A stretch of DNA of 64,000 nt. Origin: Acidobacteriota bacterium. GTDB taxonomy: Bacteria > Acidobacteriota > Thermoanaerobaculia > Multivoradales > Multivoraceae. The notes beneath the pieces are model-generated. The model did no database searches. It was not told where the DNA came from and worked only from the letters and a program-made list of their open reading frames with translations. Positions 42,152-50,265 of this stretch are shown here, one piece after another (the first letter of the stretch is position 1; each line of letters starts with the position of its first letter). Location: the NCBI GenBank assembly GCA_028875725.1, contig JAPPCR010000019.1, positions 8,483 through 72,482 on the forward strand. Reading direction: 5' to 3'. The translations under genes were made by a program, and so were the position numbers.

Positions 42152-42742
42152 ATGCCCGGGGTGGACGACTTCGAGACGCCGACGCTGCTGGTCGCCATGC
42201 CCCAGGTTCTCGATCCCTTCTTCTTTCGGGCGGTCGTGCTGCTCGCGGCTCACGAGGACGGCGGCGAAGGGGGTAGCCTGGGCTTTGTCGTCAACCGGCC
42301 GAGCCAGCTCAAGGTCGACGAGGTCCTGCGTGAACTCGACATCGAGTGGTCCGGTGACTCGGAAGTCGTGGCCTTCGTCGGCGGTCCGGTGCAGCCTGAG
42401 GTCGGCACGGTGCTGCTGTCTCTCGACGGCCTGAGCGGCCTGGAGCGGGACGGCATCACGGAGATCGCTCCGGGCGTCGGAGCGACGCAGAACATCCTGG
42501 CGCTGCGTACGCTCGCCCGTAGCGCGCCGGACCGGATGCGGCTGCTCCTGGGGCACGCGGGCTGGGCGCCGGGTCAGTTGATGCGGGAAGTCAGCCGCAG
42601 CGACTGGCTGACGGCGCCGATCGAGGAATCGATCGTGTTTTCCGGCGACCCGGTGGATGCCTGGTCTGGCGCGCTCGCCTCGCTGGGGATCGATCCGGCG
42701 TCCCTGCCGAGCTGGACCGCCGGCGACGGCGACTCCAACTAA
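42152..42742 (+). CDS. YqgE/AlgH family protein (UPF0301)
   Basis: [36 protein letters not shown]...GGPV...[16 protein letters not shown] pattern. ATG at 42152. Confidence 0.8.
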   Translation: [196 protein letters not shown]

Positions 42743-42771
42743 CGGACGGAGAGGTCCGAGGCGTCAAGTGC

Positions 42772-42806
42772 CGGTGCGCCGGTCTTCTGGCCGGCTTGTC
42801 CGGGCG
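42772..42806. repeat. Short REP-like core copy between convergent genes
   Basis: CGGTGCGCCGGTCTTCTGGCCGGCTTGTCCGGGCGG aligns with the 5' part of the long copies (GGTGCGCGGGTCTTCTGACCCGCTG...). It also matches the reverse complement of 18205-18235. Hairpin at 42778-42795. Confidence 0.55.
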
Positions 42807-42825
42807 GATGATCACCGTGGGCCGA

Positions 42826-43284
42826 TCAGGTGCCGGTGGACCCGAAGCCGCCGTCGTTGCGGTCGCCCTCCGTCGGCTGCCGGCCGAGGGCGTCGTCCTC
42901 CCGGAACGTGACTTCGGGAACGGCGGCCACCACCATCTGCGCCAGCCGCTCGCCGTGTTCGACATCGACGGGCTCGTCGCCCAGGTTGACCAGCAGCAGC
43001 TTGACTTCGCCGCGGTAGTCGCTGTCGATCGTGCCGGGGGCGTTCAGGACCGTCAGGCCCTGGCGGAACGCGAGTCCGCTGCGAGGCCGGATCTGGGCTT
43101 CGTAGCCAGGCGGCAGGCCGAGGACGAGACCGGTCGGGATCAGACAGCGCGCGCCGGGCCCGATCCGGACCGGCCCGGAGGTGGCCGCGCGCAGGTCGTA
43201 GCCGGCGCTGCCGGTCGAAGCCCGCTCCGGCAGGCCGGCGGCGTGAGGCAGCTGGCGGATCCTGACGGCGACGGCGGATGTCAT
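42826..43284 (-). CDS. dut: dUTP diphosphatase
   Basis: GSAGYDL, RSGLA, LNAPGTIDSDYRGEV, GERLAQMVV motifs. ATG at 43284. Confidence 0.9.
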   Translation of the reverse strand: MTSAVAVRIRQLPHAAGLPERASTGSAGYDLRAATSGPVRIGPGARCLIPTGLVLGLPPGYEAQIRPRSGLAFRQGLTVLNAPGTIDSDYRGEVKLLLVNLGDEPVDVEHGERLAQMVVAAVPEVTFREDDALGRQPTEGDRNDGGFGSTGT

Positions 43285-43354
43285 CCGTGCGCCCGCTGAC
43301 GGGCGCGCGGACTGAGACGCGTGTGGCGCGGGTCGCGCCACAAGGGTGCCCGGC

Positions 43355-44080
43355 TCAACGGGCCTCTCTGCCGGGCGCCGTACCGTCCTGGACCGCCGGG
43401 CCTTCGAGCACTCCGGGCGGGAACGGCTTGCCGATCCACTCGCTGGTCAGCCGGGGCGGCGGCCGTCCGTCGGCCGCATTGCCTGGCCTGAGCTGGATCA
43501 GTTCGCTTGTGAAGTACCAGTCTCCGACATCCTGCTGGCCGTTGAACACGCGCTTCGAGGGACCGGGAGTGGCGCTGTAGACGCCGAGGATCGGTCCGAC
43601 GACGGGACCTTCGCCTTCTTCCTCGTTCGGCGGCGGCACGGCCGTCATGGAACCTCCGCCGGCGGCCGCGACGGCCCCCGCGTTGGTCGCCGGCTGCGCG
43701 CCGCCTGTCTGGTTGCCGCTTCGGCCGGGATTGCTCGGCCCTCCCTGCATGAGCAGGCCCCAGCGACCGTCCTCGGCCATCGGGTTGGGCCACAGTTGGC
43801 GAATCGTACGGGGCTCTACTTCAACGAGCTCCTCGAGCGCGGTCGGCAGGCGTCCCTGGCGCACGCGAAAGATGCGGATCGCCTCGGCGTACTGCAGGCC
43901 GCGGAAGATGAGTTCCGTTTCCTTCTGTCGCTGCGCCCAACTGCTCCAGTAGGGCAGCGCGGCCGCGACCGCGATGTTCATCACCGTGATCAGGACGGCC
44001 AGGACCACCAGGTTGTAGCCGGCTTCGGAGTGGCGGGTCCGCCCCTGGCTGCGGCGGACCCCGCGGTCACCAGTTGGCAT
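43355..44080 (-). CDS. Large minor pseudopilin-like protein lacking Glu+5
   Basis: Prepilin-type leader ending ...HSEAG followed by YNLVVLAVLITVMNIAVAA. Position +5 is Val, not Glu. 241 aa with a Gly/Pro-rich centre. Confidence 0.65.
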   Translation of the reverse strand: MPTGDRGVRRSQGRTRHSEAGYNLVVLAVLITVMNIAVAAALPYWSSWAQRQKETELIFRGLQYAEAIRIFRVRQGRLPTALEELVEVEPRTIRQLWPNPMAEDGRWGLLMQGGPSNPGRSGNQTGGAQPATNAGAVAAAGGGSMTAVPPPNEEEGEGPVVGPILGVYSATPGPSKRVFNGQQDVGDWYFTSELIQLRPGNAADGRPPPRLTSEWIGKPFPPGVLEGPAVQDGTAPGREAR

Positions 44081-44516
44081 AGGCCTCCCCGTTCAGCGAG
44101 TTCTCTTCCGAACCGGAGTGGACGTCCTCGACTCCCGGATCCCCGAACGGGGACAGGTCGGTCTCGGCCCAGGGGTCTTCGTCGGCTGATGAAGGGAACT
44201 CGGCCAACACCTCGACCCAGGTCTCGGTGCTGCGAGTGATCGGGTCGGGCGGTATCGCGCGCAGGTACTCCTGCTCGACGAGCGCCTGGAGGCTCGGCGG
44301 GTAGTGGCCCTTGTCGGCGTAGTGCTGCTCGATCGCGTCGCGCATGACCCGGAGGTTCTGCTTGAGGGCCGCCTCCTGGGCCCGCCGGGGCGCGTTCTTG
44401 AGCAGGGGCACGGCGACCGCGGCCAGGATGCCGATGATCGCCATGACGATGATGAGTTCCAGCAGCGACATGCCACCCTGGGATTCCGGGCGCCGGGCTC
44501 GGACGCGTTCGTTCAT
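44067..44516 (-). CDS. gspG: Type II secretion major pseudopilin GspG-like
   Basis: Leader MNERVRARRPESQGG then MSLLELIIVMAIIGILAAVAVP (Glu+5 present). QNLRVMRDAIEQHYADKGHYP...IPPDPIT resembles the GspG body. Confidence 0.8.
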   Translation of the reverse strand: MNERVRARRPESQGGMSLLELIIVMAIIGILAAVAVPLLKNAPRRAQEAALKQNLRVMRDAIEQHYADKGHYPPSLQALVEQEYLRAIPPDPITRSTETWVEVLAEFPSSADEDPWAETDLSPFGDPGVEDVHSGSEENSLNGEAYANW

Positions 44517-44517
44517 T

Positions 44518-44988
44518 TCACCACTCCCGGTAAGCGACCCGGTTCAGACCGAGGCCGTCGCTCAGGGAGTAGACGTCGTAGACGTTCTCGCCTCCCCAGG
44601 CACGGTCGTCCGGGTCGTCCTGGTAACTCAGGAGCCCCCACTCCGCCTCGCCGGTCATCGGGTCGACGGGGATGCGGCGGAGGAACCGGATCTCGCCCTC
44701 CGCCTGCCCGATGAGCTGGATCGGCTCCACCAGGTTCTCGAGTTCACCTGGATAGCCGTCGGTGCCGATCTCGATCGGGATGAGCCCCACGTCGCTGTAG
44801 CGCTTGTGCTCGTCGATCGCGTTCCGCATCTGGCGGAGGTGGGAGCGCAGTTCGGCCTCCTTGATTCGCTTGTTCGTGAAGGTCGCGGTGGGCAGGGCGA
44901 CGGCAGCGAGGACCAGCATCACGGCGCAGACCGTGACCAGTTCGACTAGCGTGTAGCCGGCCCGCCGCCACGCGCCCGCCCGCTTCAT
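44518..44988 (-). CDS. Prepilin-type N-terminal cleavage/methylation pseudopilin (GspG paralogue-like)
   Basis: Leader MKRAGAWRRAG then YTLVELVTVCAVMLVLAAVALP. The body resembles GspG (LRQMRNAIDEHKRY...VDPMTGEAEWGL). Confidence 0.75.
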   Translation of the reverse strand: MKRAGAWRRAGYTLVELVTVCAVMLVLAAVALPTATFTNKRIKEAELRSHLRQMRNAIDEHKRYSDVGLIPIEIGTDGYPGELENLVEPIQLIGQAEGEIRFLRRIPVDPMTGEAEWGLLSYQDDPDDRAWGGENVYDVYSLSDGLGLNRVAYREW

Positions 44989-47438
44989 GCGACCGTCTCC
45001 GGCCGTTCACGATCCGCACTATCGCCGTCCCGGATCTCGATCTCGAGCGGCTGCACGGTGGGCGAGGCCAGCTCTTCGAGGGCCGGGCCTCTGGGCCGGG
45101 CATGCTCCACGGCGATGGTTGCCGTGCCGGGGTCCATGGCCCGCACCTCGAGCGCCAGCAGACGTCCCCTGCCGGCCACACCCGGCCGCTCGCCCAAACG
45201 GCTCAGGCCCACCACGACAGTGCCCGGTGTCGAGTCGTCGGTCATCAGCGAGATCTCGTCTTCGCCCCCAAGGAACGAACCTGCCCGCACGGCCGTGACC
45301 TCGATCAGAGACGGGTCGAAGCGCAGCCGCAGCGGCAGGTGGGAAAGCGGCGCCGTGGACCGGACGTCCAGCCGCACCTCGACACTGTCGCCGACGCTTG
45401 CACGCAGCGCTTCAGGGGCGAACGTGAGTTCGACTCCTCCGGTGGAGCGTTCCGCACGTTCCTGGAACACCGCCGGGAGGATGACCTGCGGGGAATTGGA
45501 GACCCGCGGGGAACCGGGGGCGCGCGTGGAATCCAGCAGACCGGCGTTGCGCGGCGGATTGCCGGGCGGCGGCACGAGCTCGACGCCCAGCGGCGGGCCT
45601 TCGTCTTCCTCCCCCGGTGGCTGTTGGCCCTCCGGCGCCGCGTCCCGCAGGCCCGGCGGCAGCCGGTCCTGGAGTTCGTCGCTGGCGCCGTCCGTGGCGT
45701 CCGGTTCGTCGAAGGGGCCGTCGACGCCGGAGTCGACCCGCGGGCTCGAGCCGCGGTAGACGACGTTGCTCTCCGTGCCGACCCAGATGGGCGCGAGGTC
45801 CTCCTCCCGGATGTCCGCGCGCCGGATGATGTGGGGGGTCAGGGTCAGCACGATGTCGGTGCGCTTGTTGTCGGTCGAGCGCCGGGAGAAGAGACGCCCC
45901 AGCACGGGGATCTCGGACAGCCCGGGAATCCCGCCCTGAGTATTCGTCTCGGACGTTCGGATCAACCCGGCCAGGAAGTTCGTCTCTCCGTCCCGCAGCC
46001 GGATGCTGGTGTTGATGTTGCGGCTGCCGATGATCGGCTGGCTTTCGATCCGGCCGCTGATGTTGCTGACCTCGATGTCGAGTTCGAGCGAGACCTCTTC
46101 GTTGTGATGCACCCGCGGCGTGATCTGCACGTCGATGCCGACGTTCTGGTACTGGTAGGAGGTGATCGGCACGATGTTGCTGCCCGCCGTGTTCGCAGTG
46201 TTGAAGCTGGTGACCGGGATCGGCACCCTGTCGCCGATCGAGAACGACGCCTCTTCACCCTCCGTGATCCGCACCTGCGGTTTGGCCAGGGTCTGGGCGT
46301 CGGTCGCAGTCTTGACGAAGTCGAACAGGAAGCCGGGCACGCTCAGCACCCAGTTGTTCTGATTCAGGGACTCCACGTCCGACATCCTGAGCGGCACCTC
46401 CTCTCCGCCGATGTCGAGGCTGATGCCGAGGCGGTTGGCGTCCAGGGACATTCCGAGTTCCTGGAGCTTCGATGTGTCGATCTGGAGCAGTTCCACGTCG
46501 ACGACAACCTCGGCCTTCGCCTTGTCGTTCTGCTCGATCAGCCGTTCCGCGATCTTGACCTTCTCCACGCTGTCGAGCATGGCGATCGCGTTCAGCCGTT
46601 CGTTGGTCGCGATGAACCGCGTGTTCAGCAGGCTGCGCAGGATGGTCATCACGTCACTCACTTCCGAGTTCGAGAGGAAGAACGTCTGGATGATGCGGTC
46701 CTCGAACCGCTGGCGGTTCTGCTGCGTGTCCTGGAGGATCATGATCGTCTGTTCGTCGAGCACGCGGTAGAAGTGGCCGAGGCTGTGCATCAGGATCTCG
46801 AGACCCTCGATCGCCGTCACGTCGCGCAACTCGATGCCCTCGGGCCCGACCGCTGCGTCGCGCAGCCTGGTGTCGAAGACGATGTTGATCCCGAAGGCCT
46901 GCCCGATCGCCCGGTAGACCTCCATGAACGTCGCGTTCGGAAAGTCGAAGCTGACCGGCTCGTTGGACAGCGGACTGAGCGTCGGCGGCATCGGCTCGGC
47001 GGCGCGGGCATCGTCCTTCATCTGGGAGATGGTCCTGGGCTGGAGGCCGCTGGTTTCGATCTTCGTGCGGAGCTTCTCGAGTTCGGTCAGGGCGTACTGA
47101 TTGGTCGGATCGAGCTGCACGGCCCGCTGCATCTCGAGCATCGCGTCCCGGTCACGGCCGGCCTCCTGCAACTTCCTGCCCGCTTCGAAGTGGGCATGGG
47201 CGGCCTGGGTCTTGGCCCGCAGCAGGCCGGCCCGGTAGCGGAGATCCGCCGGGTCCTCGGTGACCAGTTCCATGTAACGGAGCACGGCGGTGTCCCAGTC
47301 GCCCGTGAGCTCCGCGTGCTGCGCCTCCCGGAAGCTCCGGTAGCCGCTGCAGGAAGCGAGGATCAGGAGCAGCGCCAGCCCCAGTGAGAGCGCGCGCCGC
47401 CGTTGCCGCCGGTCTGGTTGTCGATCGTGTTCGTTCAT
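44985..47438 (-). CDS. Outer-membrane secretin lipoprotein (GspD/PilQ/MshL-like) with N-terminal TPR module and C-terminal cohesin-like domain
   Basis: Lipobox LILASC. TPR-like helices (residues about 30-130). Secretin core ...TLAKPQVRITEGEEASFSIGDRVP...GGIPGLSEIPVLGRLFS...LTLTPHII. A C-terminal region of about 150 aa, VGDSVEVRLDVRSTAPLSHLPLRLRFDPSLIEVTAVRAGSFL...GRGRLLALEVRAMDPGTATI, fits the cohesin pattern. Confidence 0.85.
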   Translation of the reverse strand: MNEHDRQPDRRQRRRALSLGLALLLILASCSGYRSFREAQHAELTGDWDTAVLRYMELVTEDPADLRYRAGLLRAKTQAAHAHFEAGRKLQEAGRDRDAMLEMQRAVQLDPTNQYALTELEKLRTKIETSGLQPRTISQMKDDARAAEPMPPTLSPLSNEPVSFDFPNATFMEVYRAIGQAFGINIVFDTRLRDAAVGPEGIELRDVTAIEGLEILMHSLGHFYRVLDEQTIMILQDTQQNRQRFEDRIIQTFFLSNSEVSDVMTILRSLLNTRFIATNERLNAIAMLDSVEKVKIAERLIEQNDKAKAEVVVDVELLQIDTSKLQELGMSLDANRLGISLDIGGEEVPLRMSDVESLNQNNWVLSVPGFLFDFVKTATDAQTLAKPQVRITEGEEASFSIGDRVPIPVTSFNTANTAGSNIVPITSYQYQNVGIDVQITPRVHHNEEVSLELDIEVSNISGRIESQPIIGSRNINTSIRLRDGETNFLAGLIRTSETNTQGGIPGLSEIPVLGRLFSRRSTDNKRTDIVLTLTPHIIRRADIREEDLAPIWVGTESNVVYRGSSPRVDSGVDGPFDEPDATDGASDELQDRLPPGLRDAAPEGQQPPGEEDEGPPLGVELVPPPGNPPRNAGLLDSTRAPGSPRVSNSPQVILPAVFQERAERSTGGVELTFAPEALRASVGDSVEVRLDVRSTAPLSHLPLRLRFDPSLIEVTAVRAGSFLGGEDEISLMTDDSTPGTVVVGLSRLGERPGVAGRGRLLALEVRAMDPGTATIAVEHARPRGPALEELASPTVQPLEIEIRDGDSADRERPETVA

Positions 47439-47451
47439 GTGGTTCAGATCC

Positions 47452-48060
47452 TTAGCTTCCGGTCGGCCGGCCACCGATGGCGAGCCGCACCGGCTGTTCG
47501 TCCGGGAAACCCACGAAGAGCAGGTCGACCGACTCGTAGCCGATGTTCTGCACTTCGAACTTGTCCTTGACGAGGTCGCCCTCGAGTGCGTTGAAGATGG
47601 ACTTGTCGGCGTCGATGAACACCGCGATCGGATTGTCGCTGCGCCCGAAAGAGCCGATATAGAAGATGTCGATCGGCGGCGGCGCGGGGCCGATCGGTTC
47701 CGGCGCCGGCGTCTCCGGGATGGTGAGTGGCGGCGGCGTCTCCGGGATCGCGGGCCGCTCGGGTTCGGGGGGCGGGGCCGTTTCCAGCTCGGGGAGGGCC
47801 GTCTCGGGCGCCGGCCGGCTGCCGAAGGACCAGGGATCCCGGGTCGGGCTGCTGGCCGGCGGCGGCTGGTCGAGGGTGTAGGCGGCGAGCTCGAAGACGT
47901 CGATCGTGGTCGAACGCAGGTCGCCCGCGGTCGTGCGGGTGAAGCCGGGACCGCCGCCGAACGACGGCAGGTAGCGCCACGCGGCGACCACCACGACGAT
48001 GCCGAGCAGGCCCAGCAGTAGCGGGTTCGGCCGGCTGGAGCCGGCCTGGGCGGCGCTCAT
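47452..48060 (-). CDS. PilP/GspC-like bitopic protein (TM, Pro-rich linker, C-terminal beta domain)
   Basis: The ATG at 48060 overlaps the upstream stop (ATGA). One TM helix (LLLGLLGIVVVVAAW). Linker PPPEPERPAIPETPPPLTIPETPAPEP. C-terminal IAVFIDADKSIFNALEGDLVKDKFEVQNIGYESVDL resembles PilP/HR domains. Confidence 0.6.
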   Translation of the reverse strand: MSAAQAGSSRPNPLLLGLLGIVVVVAAWRYLPSFGGGPGFTRTTAGDLRSTTIDVFELAAYTLDQPPPASSPTRDPWSFGSRPAPETALPELETAPPPEPERPAIPETPPPLTIPETPAPEPIGPAPPPIDIFYIGSFGRSDNPIAVFIDADKSIFNALEGDLVKDKFEVQNIGYESVDLLFVGFPDEQPVRLAIGGRPTGS

Positions 48061-48638
48061 GCTCCCGCCTCCTGCTGGCCGGTCCGGGACTCGTTGCCGG
48101 AGAAAAGGGTAGACAGCCGGAGGTCGATGCGCAGGTTCGGCGTCGCCTCGCTCAGGCTGATCGACTCGAGGGCCACGAAGGTGTCCGTGACCTCGAGCAG
48201 GTTGACCAGGCCCCGCAACTGGCGGTAGTTCCCCTCGACCGTGAACACGATCGACTTCTCGACCAGACCGTACTGCTCCAGGGTCGCCTCCGGGTAGGAG
48301 ATCGAGCCGGGACGGAGTCCCGAGCGGTCGGCCAGTTCCTTGACCTCGCCGATCAGGTCGGTCAACCGTTCGCGCTCGGTCGCGAATCCCTCGCGGTACA
48401 GGGTTCGCACGTGGCTGCGGGTCGCCTCGACCGTCGTGACCTGGCCCTCGCGGCGGGCCACTTCCTGGGTGGCACGCGTGCGCAGGTTCTGGACCTGGGC
48501 GATCTCGTCCTCGAGCGCCTGAAAGCGGCCGGCGTAGACGCCGCGGTAGGTGGACAGCAGAGCCGCGTTGAGGACGCACAGGCCCGCGCCGACCCAGAAC
48601 CAGATGCGCAGGCGCCAGCCGCGCCGTCGCCGTCTCAC
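48057..48638 (-). CDS. pilO: PilO/GspM-like inner-membrane assembly protein
   Basis: A single N-terminal TM helix, a coiled coil, then a ferredoxin-like C-terminal region (FTVEGNYRQLRGLVNLLE...ALESISL). Sits after a pilN-like gene with a 4-nt overlap. Confidence 0.65.
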   Translation of the reverse strand: MRRRRRGWRLRIWFWVGAGLCVLNAALLSTYRGVYAGRFQALEDEIAQVQNLRTRATQEVARREGQVTTVEATRSHVRTLYREGFATERERLTDLIGEVKELADRSGLRPGSISYPEATLEQYGLVEKSIVFTVEGNYRQLRGLVNLLEVTDTFVALESISLSEATPNLRIDLRLSTLFSGNESRTGQQEAGA

Positions 48639-49261
48639 GGCTGATCCTCCGCGGCGTCGCCGGCGCCGCCGGGCAGGTAGACGACCGCGATGGTGAAGTC
48701 CAGCGGGCCGGCGTCCTGCCGGCTCTCGTGGAGCAGCTTGGGATCGTCGAAGGCGGGGTGCTCGAACAGGGCGTCGATCAGATCGAGCAGGCCCTGGTCA
48801 TCCTGGGCTTCGCCCGTCAGGTCGAGGACCACCCGGGACCGGTCGCCGGTTCCGAGCTCCGCGCGCCGCCGCCGGTTCCGGTCGCCGCGCTCCGGCGCCA
48901 GACTTCGCAGGCGCGTGTTCCACGGCAGTACCTGCTCGATGTCGTTGAAGAGTTGCCCCCAGGGGAAGCGCCGGTCCGCGATGCGTTCGTTCAGGAAGGC
49001 GACTTCGCGGTTCTGCGCCTCCAGGTCGAGGCGCGCCAGTTCCGTGCTCAGGCGGTCGAGTTGCGTCTGGTCGCCGGCGAGTTGCTCCCGCAGCCCGGAG
49101 AGTTCGGCGCGGGCGTCGGCGGAGCCGGTGAGGTAGCCCCAGTACAGCACCGCGTTCAGGGTCAGCAGGGCGAGGCCGAGCGCCCACAGCACAGCGGTCA
49201 GCCGGCGCCAGGGGCGGCGGTTGACGAACGGTCGGGCCGCCAGATTCAGGGACCTGCTCAC
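48635..49261 (-). CDS. pilN: PilN-like (fimbrial assembly) protein
   Basis: N-terminal LNLAARPF (INLLP-like) motif, a TM helix, then a coiled coil. 4-nt overlaps on both sides. Confidence 0.65.
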   Translation of the reverse strand: MSRSLNLAARPFVNRRPWRRLTAVLWALGLALLTLNAVLYWGYLTGSADARAELSGLREQLAGDQTQLDRLSTELARLDLEAQNREVAFLNERIADRRFPWGQLFNDIEQVLPWNTRLRSLAPERGDRNRRRRAELGTGDRSRVVLDLTGEAQDDQGLLDLIDALFEHPAFDDPKLLHESRQDAGPLDFTIAVVYLPGGAGDAAEDQP

Positions 49262-50265
49262 GTCCTCACCGAGAGCGAGGCGCCCAGCATCGGCAGGGCG
49301 CGGTCGAGGTCGAGTTCTCCGGCCTCGGATCCGTTGCCGGAGATCGTGTCGTCGTCGAAGACGCGGGCCGGTAGCCCCAAAGCCTCTTCCAGCCGCTCGC
49401 GCCAGGTTTCCCGCGAGGCCTCCGCCGCCAGCATCAGGACGTGCTCGGGCAGGCCGGCCTCGGCGCCGAACACGCCGCGCTCCTCGATGAAGCTCCGGGT
49501 CAACCGCAGTTCGCGCACCGCCAGTCGGGAAGCGACCGAAGGAGGGAGGGCCGGGTCGAAGCTCTTGTAGCGATAGAGAGCGGGGGCGTCCTCCGTGTGC
49601 GCCAGAAGCGAGTAGCCGTCGCGATGGGCGAGCAGAAGGAGGAAGGCGCCGGTGTCGTCCTGCATCTGCCGGATGCCGTGCGCCGCGCCGAGGCTCGCGT
49701 TCGTCACCATGCCGATGTGGATACCGGCGCGGCGGAACGAGTCCTCGATCTGGGCCAGCACCCGCTCGACGCCGAACGCGATCAGGAAACGCGTGGACTC
49801 GCCGGCGCCGTTGCCGGTCCGGGCGCCGCGCACGCGCAACTCCTCCACCCGGAAGGGAACCTGCTTGCGCAGCTTGAAGCGGAGGGCCTCCTCGCGATGC
49901 TGCGGGCTCCGGGGCACGTCCTCGAGTTCCGCGAAGGTCAGCCGCAGCCAGCGGTCCGGGAGGACGAGTGCGGCGGCCCTGACCTGAGCTCCGGTGGCGG
50001 TATCGGCGGCCTGCTGGAGTTCAGCGACCACGTCGTGGAACTGGGCGGGCTCCCGCAGCGGACCGCCCAGCGCCCCATCCTGGAACGTGTCGGCGGGCAG
50101 TTCCCGGCGCCTGACCGCCTGCAGCTCGGGCGTGGGGCCGCTCTGACGCACGAAGTGCGCCAGGACGAGTTCGCGCTCGTCGAGCAGGAACACCGATGCC
50201 GGTCCCCGAGGGTCGTCGAGGCCGGCAAGGCGCTCAATCCACGAAGGTAACCTTGTTGATCTCAC
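49258..50265 (-). CDS. pilM: PilM-like actin-fold assembly ATPase-like protein
   Basis: 335 aa, cytoplasmic. ALVLPDRWLRLTFAELEDVP...ALRFKLRKQVPFRVEEL resembles PilM. Placed immediately upstream of the pilN-like gene. Confidence 0.6.
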   Translation of the reverse strand: MRSTRLPSWIERLAGLDDPRGPASVFLLDERELVLAHFVRQSGPTPELQAVRRRELPADTFQDGALGGPLREPAQFHDVVAELQQAADTATGAQVRAAALVLPDRWLRLTFAELEDVPRSPQHREEALRFKLRKQVPFRVEELRVRGARTGNGAGESTRFLIAFGVERVLAQIEDSFRRAGIHIGMVTNASLGAAHGIRQMQDDTGAFLLLLAHRDGYSLLAHTEDAPALYRYKSFDPALPPSVASRLAVRELRLTRSFIEERGVFGAEAGLPEHVLMLAAEASRETWRERLEEALGLPARVFDDDTISGNGSEAGELDLDRALPMLGASLSVRT

